Below are positions 11,812 to 48,255 of a stretch of DNA of 64,000 nucleotides, one piece after another. The DNA is from Macrostomum lignano (taxonomy: Eukaryota), in contig NIVC01002299.1 in the NCBI GenBank assembly GCA_002269645.1, positions 121,706 to 185,705 on the forward strand, given 5' to 3'. The translations under genes were made by a program, and so were the position numbers. Under the pieces are notes generated by a model. That model made no database searches, was not told the origin of the DNA, and saw nothing but the letters and a program-made list of their open reading frames with translations. Every line of letters starts with the position of its first letter. The stretch's first letter is position 1.

Positions 11812-12689
11812 AAATTTTTCTCAGCCAAGTTGATAGTTATGCCAATCAAGTTCAGAATTCTCCTTCTTGTGCTGATGTCTATGGCCGAATCATCAACTTG
11901 CTTGCCCTTTTTTCGCCGTCAGTGTCTTTTGTCTATGGGCAAGACCAAATCTGCTGCTGATAAATGCAGACTTTATTATACCCCTAGATCGCGCGAAAAC
12001 CCCGGGGTTTGAGACTGTAGCTTTTACTGCTCTCAAGCATTAGCAGCAGCGGCAAGTGTCTGTGGCGCTAAACCCCGGGGTTTTCAGTGCTTCGGAGACG
12101 GCCGCTCAACTCTACCGTTAAGGGCTTATAGCTTTCTCCTAGGCTCAATTAGCTTGTTTAATTGAGTTGTGAGCTTATAGTAGTTGATAGAGCAGTGCTC
12201 GGGCTTGTCTTTTAGACACAGGACAGAGAGACCAGCAGGCAGCTTTCGAAGCAAAAAAGTAACACAAGGATTGAGAGAGCAGATCATGGAGAATAGAATG
12301 CACCGTTTTTAGGCAAAATACCTTCTATATACTACTGAATACTAGCGTTTCAAAAGATAATGGCACTGAATTATTGGACAAAAGCAACGTCAAAAATGGT
12401 TTTATGTTAAGCTAATCTGATAAACTTAAATTGCTACCGGTTCGCAGGTTGAAATTAATGGACTCTACGGATAATAAATAAAAATAATGAAATTCACATT
12501 TTTAACTGTGTTATATCATACTTCCCAATTAGATTCAATTATACCGCTTTCATAGCAGCTGGTAGGATCAATTACTGCTGAGGGGATGAACCCCCCCCAG
12601 AAAGGCGTCGATCACTCAGTCTCAGGATGAGATCAATTTAGGAGTGGGCCATCTCAGAATGGAATCAATCCAGAATGGGATTAATGCTC

Positions 12690-14515
12690 GTACAGGATGG
12701 TATCATCTCATGATGGGATCATCTCATGATGGGATCATCTCATGATGGGATCATCTCAGGATGGGATCATCTCAGGATGGAATCATCTCATGATGGGATC
12801 ATCTCATGATGAGATCATCTCAGGATGGGATCATCTCATGACGGCATCATATCAGGATGGAATCATCTCATGATAATATCATCTCATGATGGGATCATCT
12901 CATGATGGGATCATATCAGGATGGAATCATCTCAGGATGGAATCATCTCATGATGGGATCATCTCATGATGGGATCATATCAGGATGGAAACATCTCATG
13001 ATGGGATCATATCAGGATGGAATCATCTCATGATGGGATCATCTCAGGATGGAATCATCTCATGATGGGATCATCTCAGGATGGGATCATCTCATGATGA
13101 GATCATCTCAGGATGGGATCATCTCATGACGGCATCATATCAGGATGGAATCATCTCATGATAATATCATCTCATGACGGCATCATCTCAGGATGGGATC
13201 ATATCAGGATGGGATCATCTCAGGATGGAATCATCTCATGACGGCATCATCTCAGGATGGGATCATATCAGGATGGGATCATATCAGGATGGAATCATCT
13301 CATGATGGGATCATCTCAGGATGGAATCATCTCAGGATGGGATCATCTCATGACGGCATCATATCAGGATGGAATCATCTCATGATAATATCATCTCATG
13401 ATGGGATCATCTCATGATGGGATCATATCAGGATGGAATCATCTCAGGATGGAATCATCTCATGATGGGATCATCTCATGATGGGATCATATCAGGATGG
13501 AAACATCTCATGATGGGATCATATCAGGATGGAATCATCTCATGATGGGATCATCTCAGGATGGAATCATCTCATGATGGGATCATCTCAGGATGGGATC
13601 ATCTCATGATGAGATCATCTCAGGATGGGATCATCTCATGACGGCATCATATCAGGATGGAATCATCTCATGATAATATCATCTCATGACGGCATCATCT
13701 CAGGATGGGATCATATCAGGATGGGATCATATCAGGATGGGATCATATCAGGATGGAATCATCTCATGATGGGATCATCTCAGGATGGGATCATCTCATG
13801 ATGGGATCATCTCATGATGGCATCATCTCAGGATGGGATCATCTCATGGTGGAATCATCTCATGATGGGATCATCTCAGGATGGAATCATCTCATGACGG
13901 GATCATATCAGGAAGGGATCATCTCATGATGGCATCATCTCAGGGTGGAATCATCTCATGATAAGATCATCTCAGGATGGGATCATCTCATGACGGGATC
14001 ATATCAGGAAGGGATCAAATCAGGATGGGATCATATCAGGATGGAATCATCTCATGACGGCATCATCTCAGGATGGAATCATCTCATGATAAGATCATCT
14101 CAGGATGGAATCATTCTATGACGGCATCATCTCAGGATGGAATCATCTCATGATAAGATCATCTCAGGATGGGATCATCTCAGGATGGAATCATCTCATG
14201 ATGGGATCATCTCATGATGGGATCATCTCAGGATGGAATCATCTCATGATAAGATCATCTCAGGATGGGATCATCTCATGACGGGATCATATCAGGAAGG
14301 GATCATCTCATGATGGCATCATCTCAGGATGGGATCATCTCATGATGGGATCATCTCATGATGGCATCATCTCAGGATGGGATCATCTCAGGATGGAATC
14401 ATCTCATGATAAGATCATCTCAGGATGGGATCATCTCATAACGGGATCATATCAGGATGGGATCATATCAGGATGCTATCATCACAGGAAGGGATCATAT
14501 CAGGATGGGATCATT
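12690..14515. repeat. 16-bp minisatellite (GGGATCATCTCATGAT family) with a 512-bp higher-order duplication
   Basis: Diagnostic variants recur 512 bp apart (GGAAACATC 12987/13499; TGATAATATC 12871/13383 and 13159/13671). Confidence 0.95.
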
Positions 14516-14613
14516 CGCTCAGAAGGCACCAGTCACTCAGGACGGCAGTCAGGACGGCAGTCAGGAGTGCTGAGTACAGCAGAGCTCAGAGATACGCAGT
14601 GGCCAGTCGCAGT

Positions 14614-24581
<9,968 letters not shown>

Positions 24582-24849
24582 TGCTCGCTTGAGGACACAA
24601 GATTATTCGTTTAGTATTACTCTGCTCAAGCGCTTACTCATTGAGTGCGAGGCCGCAGCTGAGGCTTTAGCTTGTTTTTATTTCCAATATACTTAAATCA
24701 TAAAATGATTTAAACTGAAAATAAAAATATTAACGTTAAATATCCCGTAATATATCATCTTCACGAGCCACTTAGAGCATCTGAGGCGATTCTACATAGC
24801 CATTGTTAAATGTTGTTTGAAATGATTCCTAAATGCAATATTGAGTCAG

Positions 24850-25230
24850 TTCTCAGGGGTAATTTTGAGACGATTCTTAAAGGCAATTTTGAGGCGATTA
24901 TCAAGGGTAATTTTGAGGCGATTGTTAAGAGGAATTTTAAGGCGATTCTCAAGAGTGATTTTGAGGCGATTCGCAAGGGTAACTTTGAGGTGATTCTAAA
25001 GAGTAATTTTGAGGCGATTCTCAAGAATGATTTTGAGGCGATTCGCAAGGGTAACTTTGAGGTCATTCTAAAGAGCAATTTTGAGGCGATTTTTAAGAGT
25101 AATTTTGAGGCGATTCTCAAGAGTGATTTTGAAGCGATTCTTAAAGGTAATTTTGAGGCAATTCTCAAGGGTAATTTTGAGGCAATTCTCAAGGGTAATC
25201 TTGAGGCGATTCTTAAAGGCAATTTTAAGT
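24850..25230. repeat. 24-bp minisatellite GAGGCGATTCTCAAGGGTAATTTT upstream of AMPK
   Basis: Direct reading. Confidence 0.92.
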
Positions 25231-25694
25231 GATTTTGTAAACTTAGAAATATAAAAAGCTGCATGACTTACAGGGGTGCGCAAATATTCATGAATGTCAT
25301 TTCTAGAGATACCTTGCACAATACGGAGGACATGCTAGGTGAATGTTTCAGCAGCTATGAACACGAACAAAGAGGACCGGGTTGAAATTTTCACATTTCT
25401 AATTTTTTTCTTTTTTTATGCTTATCGATGCGAATCCTGGTTGCTGCTGTTTTCTGTTCAGGTGCCTGAAAAATACAATCTCATTTGCTAACTGCATATC
25501 ATCTGCTTGGTGGATAAACAACACATTCCAGTTTTTTTGAGTAAATGTTGAAGCGAAAACGTCGGTAAAAAACAATTTTTGCTTTTGTGGGAGGCGTATC
25601 CTAGGGATCAGGCTGTTTTTTGCTTGATTTTCTACCACGGAATGATCCAACAGACTGTTTCTGTTGCAAACACAAATTAATAAAAAAAACTCTT

Positions 25695-26256
<562 letters not shown>

Positions 26257-27038
26257 CTATGTTGCGCCTTTCCGAAGAGTCAAAATGTTGAGCATTTCAG
26301 TACCGGCCACTTGGAGGAAGTGGAGATTTATAATTTATGATTAAGCTTCGAGCTCAAAAGAGCCTTATGTGCTAGACAGCTGAACTTTCGTCAACTTGTT
26401 GCAAAAATTAAGAACAACAAAGGACATTTGAAACAAAAGGTGTACAACTCTGTCTCTCCAATTACTGGTGCTTATTTTTAACAACAAGGCAATTTTTGAA
26501 ACAAAACGCGACACTGAGAAAAAACTTACAAAAAATACACGCTAAGGGAAAGTTTTACAGCGAAAATACAATGCTTGAAACAGCAGATAATGAGATGGAT
26601 AGATCTCCAGCATGGATTAATAACAAGATGCAGTTCCGACTTGCCAGCAAGCCACGCGTGTAACCCTTGATAGGCAGTCTAGCTCACAGAATATGGTCTA
26701 GCTAGAAGATAGAAGCGAGATAGGCTTGTGTAAAAAGCGCGATAAAAGAGAGCGAGAGAGCAGTGTTTGGCCTGTTTCAATTGACATAACGAAAGATAGG
26801 ACTCGGCTTAAAGGAGAGAAGAGGTTAATAATAATAATAAGTTTACAGAATCTGAAGCCAAAGTTTAAAAAATAAGTACAACGTTATCAGAGGAAAAATG
26901 CAAACAGAAGGTAACTATAGACAAGCACAGATACTATAATATATAACTAGATGCGCCCAGGTAGTTCACATTTGCGTTTTAAACTAACTTCAATTTTACT
27001 ATCTTTAGGAAAAGGTAAGAGATAGCAGCCGTCTCTAG

Positions 27039-27690
27039 TCCGTATAAAAATGGAAATGTGACACTACCTGTCACACCTGTGACCGTCTAGTGTGATCATG
27101 ATATGACCGTCATTGTGATCCTTGTGTATTAGATTTATTTAAGAAAATCATAATAGTCAAACGAACATGTTGGTATGAGTGATCGTTTATTTTACGGTCT
27201 ACTTTGCACATTGACGGTCACATGAGTGACCGTTTTTTGACGGTCACATTGAACTGAAGGTCCCATTGACGGTCACATGAGTGACCGTTTTTTGACGGTC
27301 ACATTGAACTGAAGGTCCCATTGACGGTCACATGAGTGACCGTTTTTTGACGGTCACATTGAACTGAAGGTCCCATTGACGGTCACATGAGTGTCCGTTT
27401 TTTGACGGTAACTTTGCACATTGACGGTCATATGAGTGACCGTTTTTGACGGTAACTTTGCACATTGACGGTCATATGAGTGACCGTTTTTTGACGGTCA
27501 CATTGAACTGAAGGGTCTCATTCACGGTAACATGAGTGACCGTTTTTTCACGTCACATTAAATTTAACAGTCACATTGATGGTCACACGATTGACCGTTT
27601 TTGACGGTCAAATTATAGAGTCACTATGGAGGGTCACATGCGATACCGTTATTTGAGAGTCAGAATGTGACCGTCCCAATTTTACACGGG
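27039..27690. mobile_element. CMC/EnSpm-like non-autonomous element made mostly of subterminal repeats
   Basis: Imperfect TIR TCCGTATAAAAATGG / CCAATTTTACACGGG with TAG on both sides; internal 55-bp units containing the hairpin ACGGTCAC-ATGA-GTGACCGT. Confidence 0.65.
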
Positions 27691-28193
27691 TAGAGGACTC
27701 TATGGCTGAACCCTGCACAAAAAGTCTCATCGATGTGCCCAAAGCTGCCCGCCATGTACATTCTTAGTGGCGCTGGCTAATGTACATTGTGGCTGCATGA
27801 ATAGCAAGTTGTTTATGCCTGCAAGTCACTCCAAAACTACTTTTCTTTTCAGAAAATATTCTGTCATACTACTGAAGTGAAATTAAAAGAACTCAAGTGA
27901 ACATATACCCATCTAGTTATTATAGTATCTGTGGGTACAACAGGGTCATGCGGGTGCGTGGGATAGGGAGTAATTAAAACAGAGAAAAAACAGTCCAACA
28001 CAAAAAAGTGGCACAGGATTTAATTAATTACAACAAATTTTGTCCACAGCCAACGAACGAACTGTGACAGAAATGGTTAATCGCTGATAACAAACAATAG
28101 CAATCAGTGATTGACTAATTAATATCTGGATAGCTCCTGTAGCTATTAAAGAGCAGTGCAATGATTAACCTTTAGAGAGTGACAGCTCACTTC

Positions 28194-38301
<10,108 letters not shown>

Positions 38302-39299
38302 CTGCACAGGTTTGCTCTAGGGAATCTGCTGCACAGGCTTTAGGCGGGCTTTTCTAAGCAGCCTGCTTGCAAATTGGCATTGCAACTTATACAGATATAC
38401 TTCAGAAACTGAATCCTGACTGGTCTTCACAACTGCGCCAGCCTGCAACCAGTTGAACAGCCGGCCAAGCTGATTGGCTGTCGCAGACTCGCAACGCGTA
38501 TTCATTGGCTTGAGAAGATCTTCTGTAGAACTGACGCGCTGTCTATGGGCGCAATAGTGGCTACTATAAGTAGGCGTAGCGAGAATTTTGGCCTTTGTCA
38601 TGCATGATTTTTTGTTATTTAAAGCATAGACGTTTTGATAACCTACCTCAGCCAAGATCATAAAAATCAACTCAACCCATGCGAACCACAGCTCAAATTC
38701 CTGTGGTCTTTAGCACCAAAAAGATCGCAAGGTTTGTGACCAATCTGAAATCCAGTGTGCCTTGACCTCGAAATTTAATTGTTCTGATGACCAGAGCATT
38801 TCCAACATAGAAAAGACCAAACGACACATGTTAGCGAAGTTAGAGAACACTGGCTAAAAACTCTGCCATTAATGAACATCTGCTACCTGCAAGAGCTGCT
38901 GTGATGCTGAACCACACGAAATGATTTACTATAGAATTTTGTAAGAACGATAAAAAACTTACTTATTAGCGACTATGTACATTAAAGCTCAACAACCTAC
39001 TCTAAACAACCAGCTCGCCATGGGGGTGCTATGCTAGCCATCAACTTCAACTTTTTAGCACACTTAAAGACTGGACTAATTTGATATGTACCACGCCTTT
39101 CCAGCCAAACTTGTGTACCCAGTTTTGTACTTAAATTTTATTCCTTTGTCAACTGTCACAATTTCTCAAATCAATATATATGAACAATTTCAAATTTCAT
39201 TGATTAAATTTAATTTTTTAATTTCAATTTTAAAAGGTGGATTTCACAGACTTTTCTTAATAATGTTCACTTACAAAATAATATATAATATAGTGGGAA

Positions 39300-40100
39300 A
39301 CCTTCAAGTAAGAAGCTTATAAATATTTTTTATCACTCCCAAGGGTCTTTTGTCTGAGCAAACTAATAGTTTGATCTAGTATATAGAGGGGGATTGTCCT
39401 TTGTTTGGATTGACTAATTCAATTTATTAAATGGGAATAGTTTGGTTATCATATGAGATTTTCTATTATAAATGTAACAAATCAGAGTTTACTTAGGAGA
39501 AAGAATAACAAGTATCAAAAGGTAGGCAAATGAGAATGAGCATCTTGTTTGATTTAACAAAGGTTTCATGGGAAATATTTCCTTTGTACCTTGCTGCTCC
39601 CTATTTGCAAAGACTAGGTCCTAAGATCATATTTTAGCTTTTGCTAAAGCTATTGGTGCAGTATTTTAATTTGTTATGATATTTAAATTTAAATATAATC
39701 TTTAGGTTCAAAAAAGATAATTTAAATAGCATAAAATATAAGTAAAATATAATAAAGATTTTAATTGGCATGTTCTACTTGTTTTGGCTAGGCCTACAAT
39801 TTGCACCTATAAACTATAATTTGCAACTATATGGACTTTATATTAGTCTTGATCTCCTAGGCTTTGCTATTCTTATATTCTTACAAATATAGTCAACCAA
39901 TATACTGCAAATTGCCAAATGCCAAACTGAGTCTAATTAGAAGACTAAAATATTTGTCAATATCAAAAAGTTTATGAAATTGCTATTCAAAATATGATAG
40001 GTAGACCTAAGAAAAGTTTTTTTTATTTGCATCTTAATTTATTTGCTACTGAGACATTTATATTAGTATGAGTATATACAATTAGATATTAATTTTCAAT
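39300..40100 (-). pseudogene. Possible very old AT-drifted non-LTR RT relic
   Basis: Traces of ILGPSLF (near 39615) and KDLGVI with indels (near 39335) in RT order; weak. Confidence 0.3.
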
Positions 40101-40467
40101 ATAGTTCTATTTATGAACTGAAGTTCATTTGTATCAAAATTTATAGCCACTACCAAGCTTAAGATATTATTATATGACCTGATTGGTTATTGGTTAAACA
40201 TTTTTTATTATATTTACAAAATTGGTTGGCAATTTTTAGAACCAAATAACTTGTGTCAAAAGTATATGCAAATTGTCAAATCTATATTATAGCTTGTCAA
40301 AACTAGTTGAAAACCAAAGCTGTCATAATCAAAAAGTTTTAGAATTATATGCCAGAAAATTTAGTTGCAAGTAGTTTAAAACTGAAAATGAAAAGGGTAT
40401 AATTATATATTGTCTTATTTAGACCAATTCAAATAGGAATTTTTTGCTTTTTGATTATAGTATAGAA

Positions 40468-40560
40468 CAGTGGTTCTCAACTTGTGGGTTGTGACCCCTA
40501 ATGGGGTCATGTGACCATTTTCTGGGGGTCATAGCACTAACAAATTTGTGAGTATCATGA
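40468..40560 (+). mobile_element. hAT/Charlie-type 5' terminus fragment
   Basis: CAGTGGTTCTCAACTTGTGGGTTGTGACCCC resembles Charlie-group ends; matching 3' end not found. Confidence 0.45.
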
Positions 40561-42149
40561 GTATATAATACTTAATGATCCATTATATTGATTATAAGGA
40601 TGCCAGTCATTTTGTCTATTGATAGTTTGTCTGCTGAGCAAATGAAAAGTTTTCTCTTTCTAAAACTGTTTGTCTGCTGGGAAATGGGGTGGGGCCGGGG
40701 GATGTGGAGTGGGGTGGGGAGCTGCCCAACCCACAACCTCTTCATTAGCATTGTTAAACTGTTGTAGGGATGGTTGGTTTCTTCAAAATGAATCTCTTCA
40801 AAATATGTCATCTGTGCATAGAAATGCAAGTTCATTGTTCATCAAATGCAAGGATCATTACACACAAGCCTTTAGAGTAACTTTTTCAATTTTGGCCTAT
40901 AGCTGATATGATTGAAAGTCATAAATATAGGCTAAATAACTGACTGGCTTGTATTATGATAAAAATCTATTTAAAACAGCTCACCTAAGGCTCAAAAGTC
41001 ACATAGCTTGTATTGTTATCTTTTGCTGTAATCTTTTTCAGTTGTCTTTATCTTTTTCAGCTGTCTGGCGTGGACAGCTGCAGGTGGATCCGCAGCAGCA
41101 CTGGCGTGGAGTGCTAGTAGATTGGCGGTGGCTATTGGCACCTACCAAGTTTGGTACCATGTATTTCATTTTGACAATTTTTTCACTGACATACATGTAT
41201 ATATACATATGCCTTTTCTTAAAAAGGGATTAAAAATGATAATGTGATCAATTTTACTTTGCTTACCTTTTCCCATTTACAGCAGGAGCAAATCCAGTTA
41301 AATGAAGCATTGTCTTCTAGAATCTGACAATAGGCTACTCCTTTTGGCTTATGCCTGAACTACATATTTGGTGCTGCCATTGACTGCACTTATCACATTG
41401 CAAAGCTTGCTGTCGAGTGCTCACACACTTTCTACGAAAACACAGATGTCTTGCATCCAAGAAATTTTGAATGAAAATAACTATTTGCCAATTTTTTATC
41501 TTTATCAAATTTTTAATAGCTTCTATTCCACTGTTATTAGTTAAGCTTTCTTATTTTAGGTATATATTGTAAAATAGTTTGTTAAAATGATGAAAGACCC
41601 CTATTTATGCAGCACTTTATAACAATGTTAACAGACAGAGAAGTTGTCCAGACAGAGGCAGCTCCCCAGTCCTCAAGCTTCCCAGTCCCTACCCTACTCC
41701 TCATCCGCAGCCCATTTCCAAGTAGACGAATAGTTTTAGAAGGAAAGAGCATTTTGTCTACTCACCAGACGAATGAACTAGAAACTGATTATAAAAGGGG
41801 TCGCAAACATAAAAAAATGATGCAAGTGAATAAATTAGGGTCACCTAAAAAACGTGGAGAACTGCTAGTATATAATAAAACAAGCTGTTGAAACCCGCGG
41901 ATTTTGAACCCGGGGAATTCCAATCCCTGGAACTATTTTTGCATGTATTCTGAAATCTAAGGTCATAAACAAACAAAAACTTGTTAATAGTTCGTAGGAT
42001 AGAGGTAGACATAAAATGGAGCGCATTCGTGTAAAATTAGGGTCTGAGACATTGTTGGCTGGGGTACTGCGCAGAATGTCAGGCAATGTCTGTCTGACTC
42101 TAAAACATATATTGCTAAACTCTGGTCTCTCCCTGACTCTCCCTACGTC

Positions 42150-44321
<2,172 letters not shown>

Positions 44322-44929
44322 CTTCGAAAGCCAGTTTGTGGGACGGTACTATTATGGTTATCATTTCTCATGCTTTAATCACGTCACCTTTCTGGCCAAT
44401 TAGCAGCCCTGAGAGGAATTTGTGTATCTCCAGCTCCACCACCACAGTCTGCACTCTGCAGCAGTCTAACAACCAAGGAAATACGCATTTCTTAGGAGTC
44501 ATTTAAATTTTAAAGTTACCCTATGCGAAACTTAATGTTAAAAGCTTCATGGTGTAACTAATTTAGTAGGATTGCATTGTAATCAGTTATTCATTAATTT
44601 TTCGATATTTTTACAAACCATCCCACATCGCCTTGGTTTGCCATCCTTGTTTAACTGCTGCAGACTTGTCTATTCAGAGGACAGTGGTTTGAAATTGAAT
44701 CTCTCGCTAAACTCTCTCCTCTCCACGCCTCTCCACTCGCGGGGGTACAGAGAAGGCTATTAAAAAGTTATTCCAAAACACTGTACATTCGCTATGTACA
44801 TTGAGCCCTATCGCCTGATCCTTCGTCTGGGGGAATGAGTTGGATGAGCGGCAAACAACAGAAAAAGCAGACAAACTTCACATGCTTACAGTTTCTTTTT
44901 CGGTTGAGTTACAGAGTTGAAACTTTACA

Positions 44930-45468
44930 TTTAGACAGAGAATGAGTCAATGAAGAATTGTGTGAAGTTTGAAGTCAATCGCTTTACGTGGAGCAAACTT
45001 ATGGCAGCTGAAAGTTAGTCAATTTTGAAACCCTTTTACACATCTGGGCCCAGATCGGGAAAGAGAGGCAGGCGGGCGGAGGTTGGGGTGGTTGCTACGC
45101 TGAAAAAAACAGCCTAACTTTAAAAGTGCACAGCACCGCTCAGGATTAACTTTGAGACTCGAAATTTTACACGATTGTGTCAAAATAGTTGAAAATTGCC
45201 TGTGTCAAATTTGAAGAGAATCGGTAGAAGTGGAGCGGCGCTTTGGAGGATTTAGTGAAAAAATCGCGCATTTTGAGCAGTTTTTTGTACTTTTAGGTAG
45301 GAAGACTTGAGTCTAGGAAATTAAAAGGTAGCCTAAGACATTCTCCGTAGTGAGTTTAGGGTGGGTGTAAAGTTTGGTGTAATTTGGTTGAGCGGTTTGG
45401 GAGTCCATAGCGATCAAAATTGTCCACACACACACACACACAGAGTTTTGATTTTTATATGTAGAGAT
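44930..45468 (+). mobile_element. Probable non-autonomous Helitron-like element 3' end
   Basis: Repeated GTGT.AA.TTTG..AATCG motifs, GGTTGAGCGGTTTGGGAG, a (CA)n run, then TTTTTATATGTAGAGAT, an arrangement typical of invertebrate Lep1-like elements. Confidence 0.4.
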
Positions 45469-45819
45469 GAATAATTAGGCCTACTTTTTTTATTGCCCTT
45501 TATAATAAATATGTTATATATTATATATTTGACTATTGAAAACTAATATAAATAGTTTACCCAAAGCTACTACGCCTATGTTTATTTATATTAGCAAAAA
45601 TAGTATACTTTACCTTAGGGATATTCTCAATCTTAATCTATTCATTCTTAATAATTATAGGGCCTATTTATATAACTATAGGCCCTTATTATCATTATTA
45701 ATTAGTATGTAGATCTAGATCTATATGCTAATAAAGTCAAAGATCTAAAATCATTTGACTAAATTAAAAGTAGTCCCTTTGGCTTTGTTTATCTAACAGG
45801 CCTAGACAACAATACATAT

Positions 45820-46135
45820 ATATATATAAAATAGATCTAGGTCTATATATTAGACCATTTTTATTTTAGTAGGCTTAGCCTAACTAGTGGAATAACACCA
45901 TATACATGGGCAAAAGCCAAAGTGAGATGGCTAGATAGGCCTAGGGTACGTGCATAGGCATCCCAAAAAAAGATTTATATATATATTAAAGTAGATCTAA
46001 GTCTATATATTTGGCCATTTTTATTTTAATAGGCTTAGCCTAACTAGTGGAATAACACCATAGACATGGGCAAAAGCCAAAGTGAGATGGCTAGATAGGC
46101 CTAGGGTGCGTGCATAGGCATCCCAAAAAAAGATT
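45820..46135. repeat. 160-bp tandem duplication
   Basis: TAGATCT...CCCAAAAAAAGATT at 45832 and 45992. Confidence 0.9.
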
Positions 46136-46594
46136 GGCAGTTGTTATTTGTCTGGTGACTGGACAAATAGCCTAGCGATGTGGTTATTTGTCCGATTCCT
46201 GGATCTTGACCATGCTTTCCTATTCATCCGGTTAATACCGGACAAATAGACATTTTGTTATTTGTCCAGTTAAATTGAAAATGCTAAAATATCTAGTTCA
46301 TAAAAACTACAAGGATAAATATTCTTAGACTTTAAAGACTTCTTACTCGTATCTTGATTATTATATTGTGATACTAGTGTGTATCTTATACACCAAATGA
46401 CCAAATTATGCCAAATTGAATACACTGTTTTGCTTACACTCTAGTATATAAGAAAATATTAATCAGTATACGAGAAAAGGTCTTAAAAATCTAGAATATT
46501 CATCACGAAACAAATAAGATACTTGTGTTAGCAATTTAACCGGACAAATAGCAAAAAGGCTATTTGTCCGGTCACTGGACAAATAACAACTGCC
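46136..46594. mobile_element. 459-bp MITE with GGCAGTTG termini and a 9-bp TSD (MULE- or Merlin-like)
   Basis: TIR GGCAGTTGTTATTTGTC..GTGAC.GGACAAATAGCCT; flanks AAAAAGATT / AAAAATATT; internal GGACAAATA repeats. Confidence 0.8.
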
Positions 46595-47372
46595 AAAAAT
46601 ATTTTATATAGTAGGCTTATACAGCATAGGCCTAGCCTGCTGCCTGCATAGGCACAAAGCACAACAGTATAATTAGGTCTATGTCATAGAAGCATATGGC
46701 CTGGGCTGGGGCTAACTGGCTAGGGCCTAATCAAATCATTGTACTTGTAGTTGTAGTTACACTACACAGTCAGTTAATACTTTTATAAGATCCTAGCCCT
46801 AGGTGACCCTAGGTCTGACAAAAATCAAATGAAAAAATGTCTTCTCTGCTAAAATTATAAATTTACAACACATTGCACAAAAAACACAACGTACAAGACT
46901 GAAGTTTGCTAGGGTCGTACGTACGACCGTCTAAGCCTACCTACCTATGTCTGTCAATTTCCATACCAAAAGCTAATCGATTGAATTTGTCAATAAGTCC
47001 AGAATTTGTTTCGAAATTGATTCTATTACAAAATATCATAGATGAATAAGATAAAAATAGGAAATAAGATAAGCCTTGTTGATGCTTCCTTTAAAGTAAC
47101 ATTTCAATATTAGTAGACAGAGTTTGAGGGGCACAAATTTTACCTCATTACTTTAAAGGGCAAACAAACAGCTGATAATAGTTTAATGCAGGGATTCCCC
47201 GAGCGATATTCAAGATCGAAATTCGGAAATAACAAAAATCTCTGCTTTAAAAGCACCAAACGCCATGATTTTTTACAGAAGAAACATCACCCACGAGATA
47301 AACCGACTTAAAAAAATTACGGCTACAGATTGAAAGGATTTTTTACAATTTGCCAAAAACTAGTGCTTCCCA

Positions 47373-47706
47373 ATCTCCACAGTGTATTAGATTGATATTC
47401 GATTTAGAGTACTTCTGCTTGCTCTTTGTCGCTGAAAATTGACATGCAGGACTTCACCCAGACACTAATCGATTATCATAACTCAAACTGAACTCAAAAC
47501 TTCATGCTCGAGAACTATTCGAGAAAAACTGATGTTCCTATCTCCACAGTGTATTATATTGATATTCGATTTCGAGTACTTCTGCTGGCTCTCTGTCGCT
47601 GAAAATTGACATGCAGGACTTCACCCAGACACTAATCGATTATCATAACTCAAACTGAACTCAAAGCTTCATGCTCGAGAACTATTCGAGAAAAACTGAT
47701 GTTCCT
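47373..47706. repeat. 167-bp tandem duplication
   Basis: TCTCCACAGTGTATTA... at 47374 and 47541, few mismatches. Confidence 0.92.
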
Positions 47707-48114
47707 TTTGTTGCAGGCTTAAACTCTCTCTAGAAATTATCCTACCGCAGGCACCGAGTTGTTGTAGGTGTCTTTACTATTATGGTATTCTTATTCCACT
47801 ATGCCACCAAGTTGTCGCAGGGCTATACACTTCCTAATTTATAATTACGCTACGGAATCAAGTTGTTGTAAATTAAGATAGTTATTACTCCATAAAATTG
47901 CTTAGTCAATTGCTGCTTCTTAGAAAATATCAAGTCTAGAATTCTAATCTAAGGACTCCTTGAATCTATGCAAGTCGCCCTGGTAGCAGTGTCGAGCGGC
48001 AAACACTGGTCTACATGTAGTTATGAATCTCACTACTATTATTATTACTACTATTAATTCCCTATATTTAGTTGCGGGCTCCCTGGGAAGGAGTTGCCCG
48101 ACTCGTCAACCGTC

Positions 48115-48255
48115 TATTTCTGGCTTCTCACAGCTTTCCTGGCCTCTTACGGCTTTTTCTGGCTTCTTACAGTTTTTCTTGGCCTCTTACGGCTTTTCTG
48201 GCTTCTCACAGCTTTCTTGGCCTCTTACGCCTTTCTGGCCTCTTAGAGCTTTCTC
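48115..48255. repeat. Short degenerate ~39-bp tandem repeat
   Basis: CTGGCTTCTCACAGCTTT(C/T)TGGCCTCTTACG repeated 3-4 times. Confidence 0.75.

Noticed and set aside
11690-11900. Minus-strand peptide ...NLELFAVHLG... resembling a tyrosine-recombinase box
   Set aside because: Too short, with no other catalytic residues in register; unsupported without a profile search
41049-41460. Possible small plus-strand exons after TTTTCAG and TTTACAG acceptor-like sites
   Set aside because: No recognisable protein motif and no consistent multi-exon frame
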